Position numbers and translations under genes: made by a program. From the IMG/VR virus record IMGVR_UViG_3300014835_000052: 64,000 nucleotides of DNA, one strand, 5' to 3'. The notes below the pieces were generated by a model. It was not told the DNA's origin, ran no database searches, and worked only from the letters and a program-made list of their open reading frames with translations. The DNA comes from a virus. This document shows, in pieces, positions 26,529 to 37,251 of this stretch. The first letter of the stretch is position 1. Each line of letters begins with the position of its first letter.

Positions 26529-28652
26529 TTAATTTGTTAATGTGATATTATAAGTAGAATTCGAATAAGATATTACTGGCAATATTTCTAATTCAAAACA
26601 TAGTTCGGCATATTGTGGATCACAATATGTTTGATGTGAGATTTCAACAATATCTGATATATATTTAGTCATAATTGACTGGATTGGATTATCTATTACA
26701 GATAATGTTTCTATAATATTTTTAGTTATTATTACAGAATTAACAAAATCGCTTAAATGTACTCGTTCTTCTGGGACAATTATTCTGCTATAACTTGTAT
26801 CACTATATGACTCATCCCAATATATTTCAATATATCCTTCAACATTAATTCCTTTATTAAAATGGACACTAGGTACATCTATAATTACTACAGGATCAAT
26901 TAATGATTTTTGAATTTTACATAATATTACATCTGTGAATATATTGGAATAAGTAGAATCCCAATAATCAACATCACAATAAATTGCAGTTGAATCTACA
27001 TAACCTAAATCGCTATATGTTTCTTCCCAATAAAAACCATATACCGACATATCTATATAATCAACAATATTCTTATCTATTGTTAAAAATTCGTATTCAT
27101 TTAAATCAACAATCTCTGATGGTGTATTACTTATTGTATAATTAAAATCACTATAAACCCAATCCCAATATGGACTCACATAATCATAGTTATTATTAAG
27201 AATATATTTATTTGCATGAGATGCATTAATATCAGTGTTTTCTATAATCTCATATAATGGTTTCTGCAATGAATATATTTCTATTTCTAATAAAGGAAGT
27301 GATTCATCAACAGGTTTCATCATATTATAAACTTCAAGATCTAAAGAATACAATTCCTCTCTAGATGCTACTTGAAAATGTAGCATCAATATTTCTAAAG
27401 AGTCTACTAAAGATAATGAATTAGTTATTTGTTGCTCACTAAATAGTCTTAAACCCGCTGGGTGAATTAATTTTTTTACTATTTTACTATAGGTTTCAAT
27501 AGATTTAATAGATGATATTACGTATGAATATGTTTGATAATAATTTGCATCTTGTAAGCAATAAGCATCTGAAGTGAACCCAGATGCATCTAAATAAAAT
27601 CCTGGATATTTTCTTATTGATCCTATTTGGATATTTAATATAGATACCTTAGAATCATTAATATGTGTTCCTATTTCTGATGAACTATTAGTATAGAAAT
27701 CTTGTAATATTTCTCCACAATAAGATGAGTCACAATAAGTTATATCAGAATATGGTATAGATGAAACAAATCCATAATCAATAAATCCGCCTGTACTATC
27801 ATTGAATGCATCTGTGACTAAAACATTAGACGTAGATCCAGAAATAATACTTGCATAGAATGTGTGTTCATAACCTACTCCAAAATTTATCAATTGTATT
27901 TCTAAAATACCCCCAATTGAGTTTATTTTAGTAACCTTCACTTTAGCCGATGTGCCAGACATACTGGGCAAATCTATCAATTGTCCTACAAAAAAACCAG
28001 ACCCTGCTTTGTATATAGAAATTGTAGAAATAGTTTCTACAATAGTGGCATTAAAATCATTGAATATTAATATATCACCTATATTAATCAAATAAGATTG
28101 GAATGTTTCAAAGAATATTTCTTTATATTTTCCAGAGTCTTTTATTTTAGTAACAGTAACTAATATATCTTGATTTTTTGTTTTTATTATTATGCAATGT
28201 CCAATAATATCATCAATATTCCCAGATGTTATTTGAGTTATTACCGATAAATCTTGTTTCCAATTCCCAGCAGAAGATCTAAATATTGATTCTTTAGGGT
28301 ATTTAAGATCTATTTCAATATTAAATAAATGTCTAAATAGAATTCTAAATGATTCTTCACTACCTTTTGTAGAATAAAAATCCTTTATATGGTTTATGAA
28401 ATGTTTATCATCACCTATTGTATTCCTAGGAATATCAACACCCAATTCTTTCCATATGTAATCTATAAATTTATCCAATGTTAAATCTATATCTCGTATG
28501 GTTTCAAATCTTGATCCTACACTATGAATATTATCTTCATTTAAAAATTTATAATACAATTCAATAAATCTAATAAATTTAGGATAATCGTCTCTAATAA
28601 ATTCTGGAAATTGACTCGATATAACGGATAATGTGGGTATTTTATACTGCAT
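26529..28652 (-). CDS. gp7: baseplate wedge initiator gp7-like
   Basis: QFPEFIRDDYPKFIRFIELYY, FYSTKGSEESF, LIHPAG motifs. Confidence 0.7.
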   Translation of the reverse strand: MQYKIPTLSVISSQFPEFIRDDYPKFIRFIELYYKFLNEDNIHSVGSRFETIRDIDLTLDKFIDYIWKELGVDIPRNTIGDDKHFINHIKDFYSTKGSEESFRILFRHLFNIEIDLKYPKESIFRSSAGNWKQDLSVITQITSGNIDDIIGHCIIIKTKNQDILVTVTKIKDSGKYKEIFFETFQSYLINIGDILIFNDFNATIVETISTISIYKAGSGFFVGQLIDLPSMSGTSAKVKVTKINSIGGILEIQLINFGVGYEHTFYASIISGSTSNVLVTDAFNDSTGGFIDYGFVSSIPYSDITYCDSSYCGEILQDFYTNSSSEIGTHINDSKVSILNIQIGSIRKYPGFYLDASGFTSDAYCLQDANYYQTYSYVISSIKSIETYSKIVKKLIHPAGLRLFSEQQITNSLSLVDSLEILMLHFQVASREELYSLDLEVYNMMKPVDESLPLLEIEIYSLQKPLYEIIENTDINASHANKYILNNNYDYVSPYWDWVYSDFNYTISNTPSEIVDLNEYEFLTIDKNIVDYIDMSVYGFYWEETYSDLGYVDSTAIYCDVDYWDSTYSNIFTDVILCKIQKSLIDPVVIIDVPSVHFNKGINVEGYIEIYWDESYSDTSYSRIIVPEERVHLSDFVNSVIITKNIIETLSVIDNPIQSIMTKYISDIVEISHQTYCDPQYAELCFELEILPVISYSNSTYNITLTN

Positions 28653-28654
28653 AT

Positions 28655-30460
28655 CTATCTACTTGGTGAAAAAATATAAGAGGAATCTGTAACATTGGAT
28701 ATTGGAATAACATCAACATATAAAGTAAATGGATTAATATTGATAATATTACTTCTAATAGATATAACATCATTTGATTGCATTTTAAAAATAAATTCTA
28801 AATTGGTATTAGATAGTCTAGTTATTTGCATATTATTGATATATATTGATCCGGATTTATAATCAACTTTACCCTGATTGGAGTTGATAATTATTTTAAT
28901 ATTATTTTTATCTAGATAATATCTTTGCAATACACCATTACCATCATCTTGAATATAATTAATATTAGTATCTCCTAATACATAAAAACCATTACTATGT
29001 ACAGAATCTTCATATACGCCAGATGAATATATCGGATTATCAATGTGGAAATTGTAATTAGTTAAAATATTAAAATCAACTTCAAGAATTCTAGTTATAG
29101 TAAAGATAGAAATATTACTAGTTATAGAAGGATCTATACTATCTATAAGTGTGGATAATTTAGAAAATCTGAATACAGAATCAAATCTTCTCATATCTGT
29201 ATGATCATAATTTAAAATAACAGCCTTAACTAAAAGATTTATTTCATTTGCTGTTTTTGTAGTTGTATGTGGATTGAAATATACTACAGTGTGAAAATTA
29301 ATATTTAAATATGATGGGTTTATAAATTTTGGAGTAATAGTTACCATCTTTTTTGATTTTAATACTTCTGTGGTAATTTTAGTTTTCTCAGCAACAGTTA
29401 ATATTGAATTATATTTAGGGGCAATTGATATAAATACTTCACCATAAGCTGGAGGTATATTTTCTTCACCACCCCATACTTGTATTGAATATATATTTGA
29501 AAAATCTCCAATCAATATTGCCTTATAATCTTCGGATGTCACTGCTCGATTTCCCGCACTATAGAATCTAGGCGCATTGAATTTTATATCGTCAAGCAAT
29601 TCTGCAGGAGATCCACCATTTGAAATTATTACTGTAGATAAAACAGTATTTGGTCCAAAAATTGAATCCATTGAAAATAGTCTTGCACCGTTGGCGAAAT
29701 TCATATTGGTAGAAAAATAACTCAATGATACAATATTTCCATTATTGAGAGCCTTCCCAATCCTATTATTGCCAAATTGTACTTCATATTGTCCATTATT
29801 TATTTCACGGATAAAATAAACATTATCGTCATTTTTAACATCAAGAATATCTGATGCTATATTGAATCTGGTTTTATTGCTTGAGCTACTACTTTCAAAC
29901 ACATTGACCAATAATGTAGAAATATCACAATTCTTATTTGAAATAATATATCTCATCCCATCTGAAACAGTGTATGATTGTGTTAGCGGAGATCCTTCTG
30001 TTATAACTACATTATTGAAACTATAAACATTAGCAATATTGACTGCGGTGTATGGTTCCATGTTATAGAAAGTATATGTATAAGTACCAACATTGGTGGT
30101 GAAGGATGTATATGCAGGGAGAATTAATATGTTGGGGTTGCCAAACACATTTGAAGCTTTAATATTAAGTGTAGCAGTGGCTGCCCTTGCAGATCTTGGA
30201 AGGTATCCTAATTCAGATGCTCTTGATACAACACTATCTCTTTTAACAGCAGAATCTAAAAACGATTCATTCACTGCAAGATTAGTATATAATGCAGAAT
30301 AATGAGTATTATAGGCAAGAATGTCTATAAGTGTAGATAAAGCAGATCCTTCAAAATTGTAATCTGATAATTCAGTTTGCCCGCGAAGAAAATTCTTAAA
30401 ATTAGTTTTTATATTTGAAAAATCTAATTCTGACGTAGTAATATTTGTATTTGCAGCCAC
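28655..30460 (-). CDS. gp6: baseplate wedge subunit gp6
   Basis: LDFSNIKTNF...DYNFEGS...LAYNTHY, RAVTSEDY motifs. Confidence 0.9.
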   Translation of the reverse strand: MAANTNITTSELDFSNIKTNFKNFLRGQTELSDYNFEGSALSTLIDILAYNTHYSALYTNLAVNESFLDSAVKRDSVVSRASELGYLPRSARAATATLNIKASNVFGNPNILILPAYTSFTTNVGTYTYTFYNMEPYTAVNIANVYSFNNVVITEGSPLTQSYTVSDGMRYIISNKNCDISTLLVNVFESSSSSNKTRFNIASDILDVKNDDNVYFIREINNGQYEVQFGNNRIGKALNNGNIVSLSYFSTNMNFANGARLFSMDSIFGPNTVLSTVIISNGGSPAELLDDIKFNAPRFYSAGNRAVTSEDYKAILIGDFSNIYSIQVWGGEENIPPAYGEVFISIAPKYNSILTVAEKTKITTEVLKSKKMVTITPKFINPSYLNINFHTVVYFNPHTTTKTANEINLLVKAVILNYDHTDMRRFDSVFRFSKLSTLIDSIDPSITSNISIFTITRILEVDFNILTNYNFHIDNPIYSSGVYEDSVHSNGFYVLGDTNINYIQDDGNGVLQRYYLDKNNIKIIINSNQGKVDYKSGSIYINNMQITRLSNTNLEFIFKMQSNDVISIRSNIININPFTLYVDVIPISNVTDSSYIFSPSR

Positions 30461-30469
30461 ATCATATCC

Positions 30470-31444
30470 TTATCTGGTTCTGTCTAATAATAAAGTCATA
30501 GACAATGGAGTATTAGTATTTATAATACTAAAAATGATTGTAATTTCTACACTATCTAATACTATATTTATATCTACTTTAATAAGTTTTGCGCGAGGTT
30601 CAAAAGACTGAATACAATTAGTAATAGTCCTTTCCAATACTATTTTAGTCATAGTTGTAGCTGGTTCAAACAATACAGTATTTACTTGAGACCCTATTGA
30701 GCTGTCAAAAGGCCTTTCATAATTCATAGTTAAAATTAAATGTTTTATAGAAGCTTTAATAGCACTAGCATCATGAATTAAAGTTATATCTGCTGGAGTT
30801 GAAAATTTAAAGTTTGCATTATGAATAGAAATTGATTTTCCAATAAGTTCCAAAATCATTGTTTTATAATTATTATACTCTGGATTATATACAAAACTAA
30901 ATTGAACAGTAGCAGTATTATTTGTTATGATAAAATCTCCCTCTATATTGCCATAAAAAGAATCTGTATCATCTTTAATATATAAATCGTCTTTTTGAAT
31001 ATTATATGTTTTGTATGGTATTTTTGTACCACTAGAAAACCCTGTAGTTGTTAAAATAATATCTGTTGTTTGATTGCCATATAATGAATGTATAGAATTA
31101 GTATGAGTTTTTATTGTTTTATTGTTTTCATTAAATGTTATATTGTCTGATTTTATTTCATTATAACCTATAGTTGAAACAGATTGTGTAATCATACATA
31201 ATTTAAATAATGTCAAACTATTATCAGATTCAATAGATTTTATTTTTCCAATAAAACTATTATTGATATATAAATTATCATAGATATTCATATGAGTAAA
31301 TGATGTATTAATACCTTGAATGATATCAGAATCATTAGAGCAAGAAATGGCACCTATTCCATCATATTTAAATTGAGAAGATGGATTTGGCATAAAGTGC
31401 ATATCAATATCAGTGAAAGTATTGAAATTCATATAATTATTCAT
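30470..31444 (-). CDS. gp25: baseplate wedge subunit gp25 with a large internal insertion
   Basis: FTDIDMHF at the N-terminus; AIKASIKHLILT..YERPF...IQSFEPRA at the C-terminus. Confidence 0.8.
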   Translation of the reverse strand: MNNYMNFNTFTDIDMHFMPNPSSQFKYDGIGAISCSNDSDIIQGINTSFTHMNIYDNLYINNSFIGKIKSIESDNSLTLFKLCMITQSVSTIGYNEIKSDNITFNENNKTIKTHTNSIHSLYGNQTTDIILTTTGFSSGTKIPYKTYNIQKDDLYIKDDTDSFYGNIEGDFIITNNTATVQFSFVYNPEYNNYKTMILELIGKSISIHNANFKFSTPADITLIHDASAIKASIKHLILTMNYERPFDSSIGSQVNTVLFEPATTMTKIVLERTITNCIQSFEPRAKLIKVDINIVLDSVEITIIFSIINTNTPLSMTLLLDRTR

Positions 31445-31791
31445 CCTGCAAATACTGTTGATGAGCCAGAAATTATTTTTGCATTACAAGGTGGTGCTTC
31501 AGGGTTTTTTTCAACAAACAAATCATATATTCTACCTATTGCTTTCCCATTCACAAAAATACTAATAGAAGATGCTTTGAGTGGTGGATTATGGAGCACA
31601 CATTCAAGACCATTGTTATGTAGATCACATACATCACCATTTCTAATAACAGGTTGCCCATCTATAAATACATTATCAGAATACGTAGCAGTATGAATAA
31701 TAATATTTTTAGTATTACAATCATCACCACCTATGGCATTATGCATAGTATCTACATCATCATTTTTTCTAGCAACTTCCTTACTTGGCAT
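31441..31791 (-). CDS. PAAR-like spike tip protein (gp5.4-like)
   Basis: VFIDGQPVIRNGD, VFVNGKAIGRIYD, C...SGSSTVFAG. Confidence 0.8.
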   Translation of the reverse strand: MPSKEVARKNDDVDTMHNAIGGDDCNTKNIIIHTATYSDNVFIDGQPVIRNGDVCDLHNNGLECVLHNPPLKASSISIFVNGKAIGRIYDLFVEKNPEAPPCNAKIISGSSTVFAG

Positions 31792-31846
31792 ATTCTATCC
31801 TTGACTTTTGAGTAAAACTTAGATATAATATATCTGTAGTTGGTTA

Positions 31847-34699
31847 TTAATCTTTAGTAAAAAATTTATACAATCCCGTAGAACCTGGAGTGGAGTTCCC
31901 AGATGAATTAACTACACGATCATCCACCATAGTGAATGCTTTCTTTTGATTGCCTTCTGTTGAATATGATACATGAATCCAATTAGAAGTACCTTTGTTT
32001 CTGTATTCAAATATCAATTGATTATAAGGAAGTATTTTTTCTAATTGGACACATAATTCATACATCGTAGTTATAGATGCCTTTGGATCTAATTGAAAAT
32101 CACAAGCTCTTCCTTTATTATGATCAGACCCTGAAGTTTCATTTCTTAATCCAGAATTTATATGCCAAGTAGCATTACTACCCATACCTTGACATGGACC
32201 TAATAAATCGTATATTGGTTCCATAATATTCTCACAAAGAGCTGCTAAATTTGCCACTAATTGTTGCTTAGAATATGGTTTAGATTCTGGACCAGAAGAT
32301 TCACTTTTTCCTCTATTGAGTATAGTATCTTTTAATATACACCCCTGAGATTGAACAAACATGCCTAATGTAAAATGTTTAGAAAGAGGATAACTAGCAG
32401 GAAAATCAGTTTTCCCATTTATATCATTTAGTTTTTCATCAGATAATTGATTTCCATCCCCCAGACCACCAGTAGCTTGAGTAGATTCTTGTGATTCACC
32501 AAGCTTTCCAGCTATATTATTCTCATAATCACTAGTAGAAGTCATATTATGTGCAGCTTTTTGCCCTGCTGCTGTAGCCCAATCATCTTCAGTTTCATAT
32601 TTAAATTCAGCACTAGAATGTCTTTCTGGTGGTACTAAATTGAGTTGACCATATTGGCGAGCTGAATCTTCTGGCGGAACAACTAAACGATGTTTACTAG
32701 CACTCGATGCTGCAGATAAAGAAGTTTTTGTTTCTATGGAGGCACCTGCATATTTGGGATCATATATATTTGGAATAGAACCGCCAAAAGAACTTAATAT
32801 ATCACCAATTACTGGTACACCATCTAATACTGAATCAATTAATGTCTTAGGTAGTGCATTAGGATTATAAGGCCCAATTGGATTTAATTTAGTATCTACT
32901 AATACTTGCTCTTTTTCTCTATCTTCTAACTCATTGCCAGCAAAATCAACCGGTTTCTTAGATTCACCTAATAAAGATAATCCTTTTATATCTTCAATTT
33001 TAATTTTTTGACCATTAAGATCAATTTTTTTGGATGTCATTGATATTATATCTGGTGAATTTAAAATAGTATTTCCTTTAGATTTTAATTCTATATTGCC
33101 CGTTAAAGTTTGCGTTTTAAATGTTCCTGTTTTTATTTCAGTATTTTCAGCTATATCTAATGTAAATGTTTTAGCTTTAATCTGAAAATCTGATGATGTT
33201 TCTAATTTAAAACTACTAGACATTTTCATCAATGTTTCTGCTGTTGATGCAGTATCTCCACCCTCCATACTCATGGTTTTAGCCGTCTTTAATTTCAATG
33301 CATCTGTTGATTCAAGAGACATTGTTCCAATCGCTCTAGTATTAGAAGTTTTACCAATTTCAACATTATAATTACCCTCTACTAGAATATTATAATCACC
33401 ACCAACAGCAACATTTAAATCTTTAGCTACTCCCATATTTACATGATTATGAAAAACAGCATCTACTTGACCATTGACTTCAAGATTTGCATCACCTTGA
33501 CATAAAATATTCATAGGACCAGATGATGTCACATTGCATGCACCATTAATAAAAATATTCCCATTCTTTTCTGTAATATAAAACCCATCTCCAACAATAT
33601 AATTAATTTGAGAACCATTAGGATCTATTTCAATAAATGTGCCTTTTTGATGATAAAGATTAATCCTTTCACCATTTGGACTATCATCAAATTCTAATAC
33701 ATGTCCAGATTCGGATTCAAATACTTTATTCATCGGATAAACTGTATTATAAGCAGATTTTGGTTGATCATAAAATCCACCATTAGCTGTAGGTATATTG
33801 ACATTCCTAGAAGAATCCTTAAACTTTATATGGGTTCCTTCTGTAATACCTCGTGCTAATCTATTTGTATCTGGCTCATTCATAAAATCACGAAGTGGGT
33901 ATTTGCCATCGGGATCAGTAAATCCGTCCTGATTAAAATTATTAGTTCTATCTTCAGTATAAGCTTCTTTTTTAGATGCTGGCGATGATGCTATTTCGTG
34001 TGGAGTTTTATTTACTGTTGTTTTTACAGCATCTTTATTAGTAGGTTCTTCTGCAGATTTACCACCTAAAAAATATTCATAATATACTCGCTTCAACTTC
34101 CATCCTTTTGGATCACCTTTAATCACATGAATAAGTTGATTGAAAAAACCAGGTTTATGTTGATCTTCTTTCCAAGTTTTAATGTTCATTTTAATAAATG
34201 CTACAGCAATTTTAGCTCCCAATTCAATATCAGATGTCACTATATCTGGATTATTTACCAAATCTTTGCCAATTATCGCCCCTATAGCTTTATAATTACG
34301 TTTAGATGTTAATTGGACAAATCCTCTACCAAAATAATTACCATCTGCTGGTACACCACCGGGCTTTCTTGTCCCATGCAACCACCCAAAGAATTGCACC
34401 GCAGTATAACCTTTATTCTGTGGATTGCTCCATTTTTCTGCTTCATCTAACGGCATAGGTTTAAATGGACCATTTAATAAACCATCTTTAGAATACTTCA
34501 TATTTTCTTCTGATGAAAACATCCATTTACTTTCCACACCAGCAATACCCAATAATGCACATATTGCATATTTTGAGGTTATTTCATTCTCTATACAAGC
34601 TCTTTTGATAGCAGCAATTCCGGCCATTGAACCTTGTGTTGCACCAGATTTTGATGGTGGAGTATCCGGAATAGGGGTTTTTTCAATTTCATCAGCCAT
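31847..34699 (-). CDS. gp5: gp5 C-terminal part: GH19-like glycosidase, beta-helix spike and M15-like peptidase
   Basis: YFGRGFVQLT (GH19), ESGHVLEFDDSP (gp5), INSGLR...SDH..GRACD...WIHVSY (M15). Confidence 0.8.
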   Translation of the reverse strand: MADEIEKTPIPDTPPSKSGATQGSMAGIAAIKRACIENEITSKYAICALLGIAGVESKWMFSSEENMKYSKDGLLNGPFKPMPLDEAEKWSNPQNKGYTAVQFFGWLHGTRKPGGVPADGNYFGRGFVQLTSKRNYKAIGAIIGKDLVNNPDIVTSDIELGAKIAVAFIKMNIKTWKEDQHKPGFFNQLIHVIKGDPKGWKLKRVYYEYFLGGKSAEEPTNKDAVKTTVNKTPHEIASSPASKKEAYTEDRTNNFNQDGFTDPDGKYPLRDFMNEPDTNRLARGITEGTHIKFKDSSRNVNIPTANGGFYDQPKSAYNTVYPMNKVFESESGHVLEFDDSPNGERINLYHQKGTFIEIDPNGSQINYIVGDGFYITEKNGNIFINGACNVTSSGPMNILCQGDANLEVNGQVDAVFHNHVNMGVAKDLNVAVGGDYNILVEGNYNVEIGKTSNTRAIGTMSLESTDALKLKTAKTMSMEGGDTASTAETLMKMSSSFKLETSSDFQIKAKTFTLDIAENTEIKTGTFKTQTLTGNIELKSKGNTILNSPDIISMTSKKIDLNGQKIKIEDIKGLSLLGESKKPVDFAGNELEDREKEQVLVDTKLNPIGPYNPNALPKTLIDSVLDGVPVIGDILSSFGGSIPNIYDPKYAGASIETKTSLSAASSASKHRLVVPPEDSARQYGQLNLVPPERHSSAEFKYETEDDWATAAGQKAAHNMTSTSDYENNIAGKLGESQESTQATGGLGDGNQLSDEKLNDINGKTDFPASYPLSKHFTLGMFVQSQGCILKDTILNRGKSESSGPESKPYSKQQLVANLAALCENIMEPIYDLLGPCQGMGSNATWHINSGLRNETSGSDHNKGRACDFQLDPKASITTMYELCVQLEKILPYNQLIFEYRNKGTSNWIHVSYSTEGNQKKAFTMVDDRVVNSSGNSTPGSTGLYKFFTKD

Positions 34700-34701
34700 A
34701 A

Positions 34702-35400
34702 TTAATTCTCAAAATTATTATCAAAATACGTTGCAATCTCTTGCGTTGAAGAAAATGTTTTCCCATTTCCACTAAAGGGTGAATATTGATCTACATTATA
34801 TGTTTCTGGGTTCAATAAAATTACTAAATATAATCCAGTACTCTCATCAAAAGTCGCAGTTGCCATTGTATTAATCTCAGAAAGATCTACCACATTATAA
34901 GTAATACTAGTACCTTCAGATGATATCATATTTATTGCTTTTACTTTATATTTAGAACCTAATACAGTATCTGTACCATCACTAGAATTAGTCATATCTG
35001 CAATAGATGTAACAATACCTGTTAAAATAGTCCCAGTAGAAGAAACTAATTCCCCATCAGCATCTGTAGTAATAACACCATTGGACATATCACTTATCAA
35101 TTTGGCGGATTTAGTTTGAGAGATTCCACCAATAGTACCCAACATAATAGGTTGTTGTTGATACTCATCTAAAAATACAATAAGGACCGTACTGCCTTGC
35201 ACAACTCCTGTAGGACTCCAACCAATCCCATTCATAGATGCTGAATTAATTGGCATAATAGGATGAGCCCAAGGGAGATCTTCAGTTTTTAATAGTATCT
35301 TATCTGCCGTATGAAGACCCATAATCCTACATTGGCATCTACCAAGCATAAGTGGATCGTTTCTGTTTTCACAAATTGATGTATAAAATATTTGATCCAT
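34702..35400 (-). CDS. gp5: gp5 N-terminal OB-fold part
   Basis: ENRNDPLMLGRCQCRIMGLH...DLPWA...QQPIMLGTIGG. Confidence 0.85.
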   Translation of the reverse strand: MDQIFYTSICENRNDPLMLGRCQCRIMGLHTADKILLKTEDLPWAHPIMPINSASMNGIGWSPTGVVQGSTVLIVFLDEYQQQPIMLGTIGGISQTKSAKLISDMSNGVITTDADGELVSSTGTILTGIVTSIADMTNSSDGTDTVLGSKYKVKAINMISSEGTSITYNVVDLSEINTMATATFDESTGLYLVILLNPETYNVDQYSPFSGNGKTFSSTQEIATYFDNNFEN

Positions 35401-35450
35401 AATATATTCCTTTTTTTCTTATAAAAATCAGTGTTCAACTACATACGAGT

Positions 35451-35458
35451 TATTTATA
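35451..35458 (-). promoter_or_regulatory. T4-type late promoter
   Basis: TATAAATA on the minus strand, intergenic. Confidence 0.7.
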
Positions 35459-35470
35459 TGAGAACATTAA

Positions 35471-36751
35471 TTACGCTATTGGTTTAGGTGGTTGTAATAT
35501 CATAGAATCTTTTATCAATTCCATTTGAATAGAATGTGATGATCTTGTAATAATATGTCTAAGAGATGAAATGATATAAAATCCAGAAAAAACTTGATCT
35601 TTAATATCAGTATCTTGTTTTGCTATAGCTTTATTTTGGGTAAGATCCAATTCAACTTTTTGGCCAACCGTATAATCTACTCTACCAAATACTGTAATAT
35701 TAACTTTGCTACTATCTGCTAATGATAATAAAGATCGTCGTCTTTGAAATATGGCAGAGTTTGATATATCATTACCACCAGATAATATGGAATTGGCTTT
35801 GTGCATAGTAATTATTGCTGATGCTGGATTGTGTGTCACAGTAGGATTTAATAGTGGAGTGTTATTTAACCTTGTTTCTGAGTCGTAATTATTCAAAAAA
35901 TTAAATTCATTATAATTATAGCTTTTAGTGGTTATGTCGTAAGTTATTAATGTAGAAGCATATGTACCATTTCTTAATCTATGAATATAATCATAAGCTA
36001 CTGGTATTTTTATATCAATAATTTTGCTAAAATCTTGTTCAATTGATCTAAAAGAAGATCCATCAGCTAATACGGTTCTAACATAATTATTTTTAGAAAA
36101 TTTTCTAATTGAAGTTGTCTTGTATAAAGACTCTAATGATATAAAATTTAAACCATTTCTGTTTTCAAAAAATAGGTATGTCGGCGAATCCATTTTATTG
36201 ATAGCATTATCCGCTAAATAGTTTAAATTCTTAACAGGAGACCAAAAATTTGAAATATAAGACATTGAATTTGATGTAGGTTCTACATTATATCTAGGAT
36301 TATCGTTATTTTTTATACCATAAGTTTCTAATAAAGCTGTAGCTAATGTTCCAATATTTCCAATATAAGATTTACTAATTTTAACATTTAAATCAAATAC
36401 AGTTTCCATAGATGTAAAATATAAAATATACCCAACACATCCATTAGATATTACTTGCCTATCAGACATCTTATAAATTTTATAAGTATTATCTATAGAT
36501 GATGCATCCCCTGTGAGTCCGGGTGTGGATACTATTAAATTTAAAACCTCATCCCCTATTAATGGAAAGAAATTAGTAAAATCTACAGTGTCATATATTA
36601 ATATAGTACCAGTTATAAATGGGGCAAATATGTCTTCATAGATATTCAATGCTACAATATGATCTCGTATATCAATATAAAGACCACTAGAGCCAGATAT
36701 TTCAACTTTTTGTATTTCAACATCACCAGCAGTTCTTAATTGAGTAGTCAT
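35471..36751 (-). CDS. gp27: baseplate hub gp27-like
   Basis: IYEDIF...G, YLFFEN..G.NF.SLE, G.Y.I..LRH motifs. Confidence 0.75.
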   Translation of the reverse strand: MTTQLRTAGDVEIQKVEISGSSGLYIDIRDHIVALNIYEDIFAPFITGTILIYDTVDFTNFFPLIGDEVLNLIVSTPGLTGDASSIDNTYKIYKMSDRQVISNGCVGYILYFTSMETVFDLNVKISKSYIGNIGTLATALLETYGIKNNDNPRYNVEPTSNSMSYISNFWSPVKNLNYLADNAINKMDSPTYLFFENRNGLNFISLESLYKTTSIRKFSKNNYVRTVLADGSSFRSIEQDFSKIIDIKIPVAYDYIHRLRNGTYASTLITYDITTKSYNYNEFNFLNNYDSETRLNNTPLLNPTVTHNPASAIITMHKANSILSGGNDISNSAIFQRRRSLLSLADSSKVNITVFGRVDYTVGQKVELDLTQNKAIAKQDTDIKDQVFSGFYIISSLRHIITRSSHSIQMELIKDSMILQPPKPIA

Positions 36752-37251
36752 TATATTTTATTTAATTCTGAAACTATTTGATTTATAAAATTTGGAGATA
36801 TGATTTTAATAGTACGTTTTTCCTCATTTAAATTGTACTCATAATCTGAATTACTAATAGGAATATGACCAATAAAATCTTTATCTACTATGAAAGTTCT
36901 CCCATTAACAACCCCCTCATAATGATGTATTTTATGGATATTTAATACCCCATACTTATCTATTATAACATTATCTAATATTGCTTGTGATAAAGGAAAA
37001 TCACTCAAATAATCGTATAAATCATTAGCTAATAAAATAGTCCAATGGTATTGTGCATTGCCATATACATATTCTGCTATTAATTCTGGTGTTTCACCAT
37101 CTTTAATTATATAAGTATCAAACAATGTAACATTAGATAATATTTCTCGTCTTAATCTTACATTTTTAGTAATATCCATCACTGTTCTAAATTCTGTCTT
37201 ACCATTAATAGTAAATGGATAAGACATTTTAGGGAAATTATTAAAGTACAT
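36751..37251 (-). CDS. gp53: baseplate wedge gp53
   Basis: MYFNNFP...GETPELIA..VYG...HWTILLAN. Confidence 0.85.
   Translation of the reverse strand: MYFNNFPKMSYPFTINGKTEFRTVMDITKNVRLRREILSNVTLFDTYIIKDGETPELIAEYVYGNAQYHWTILLANDLYDYLSDFPLSQAILDNVIIDKYGVLNIHKIHHYEGVVNGRTFIVDKDFIGHIPISNSDYEYNLNEEKRTIKIISPNFINQIVSELNKI

Noticed and set aside
30500-31400. Intein in gp25
   Set aside because: No convincing splice-junction blocks or LAGLIDADG motifs; the insertion looks like a structural beta domain.
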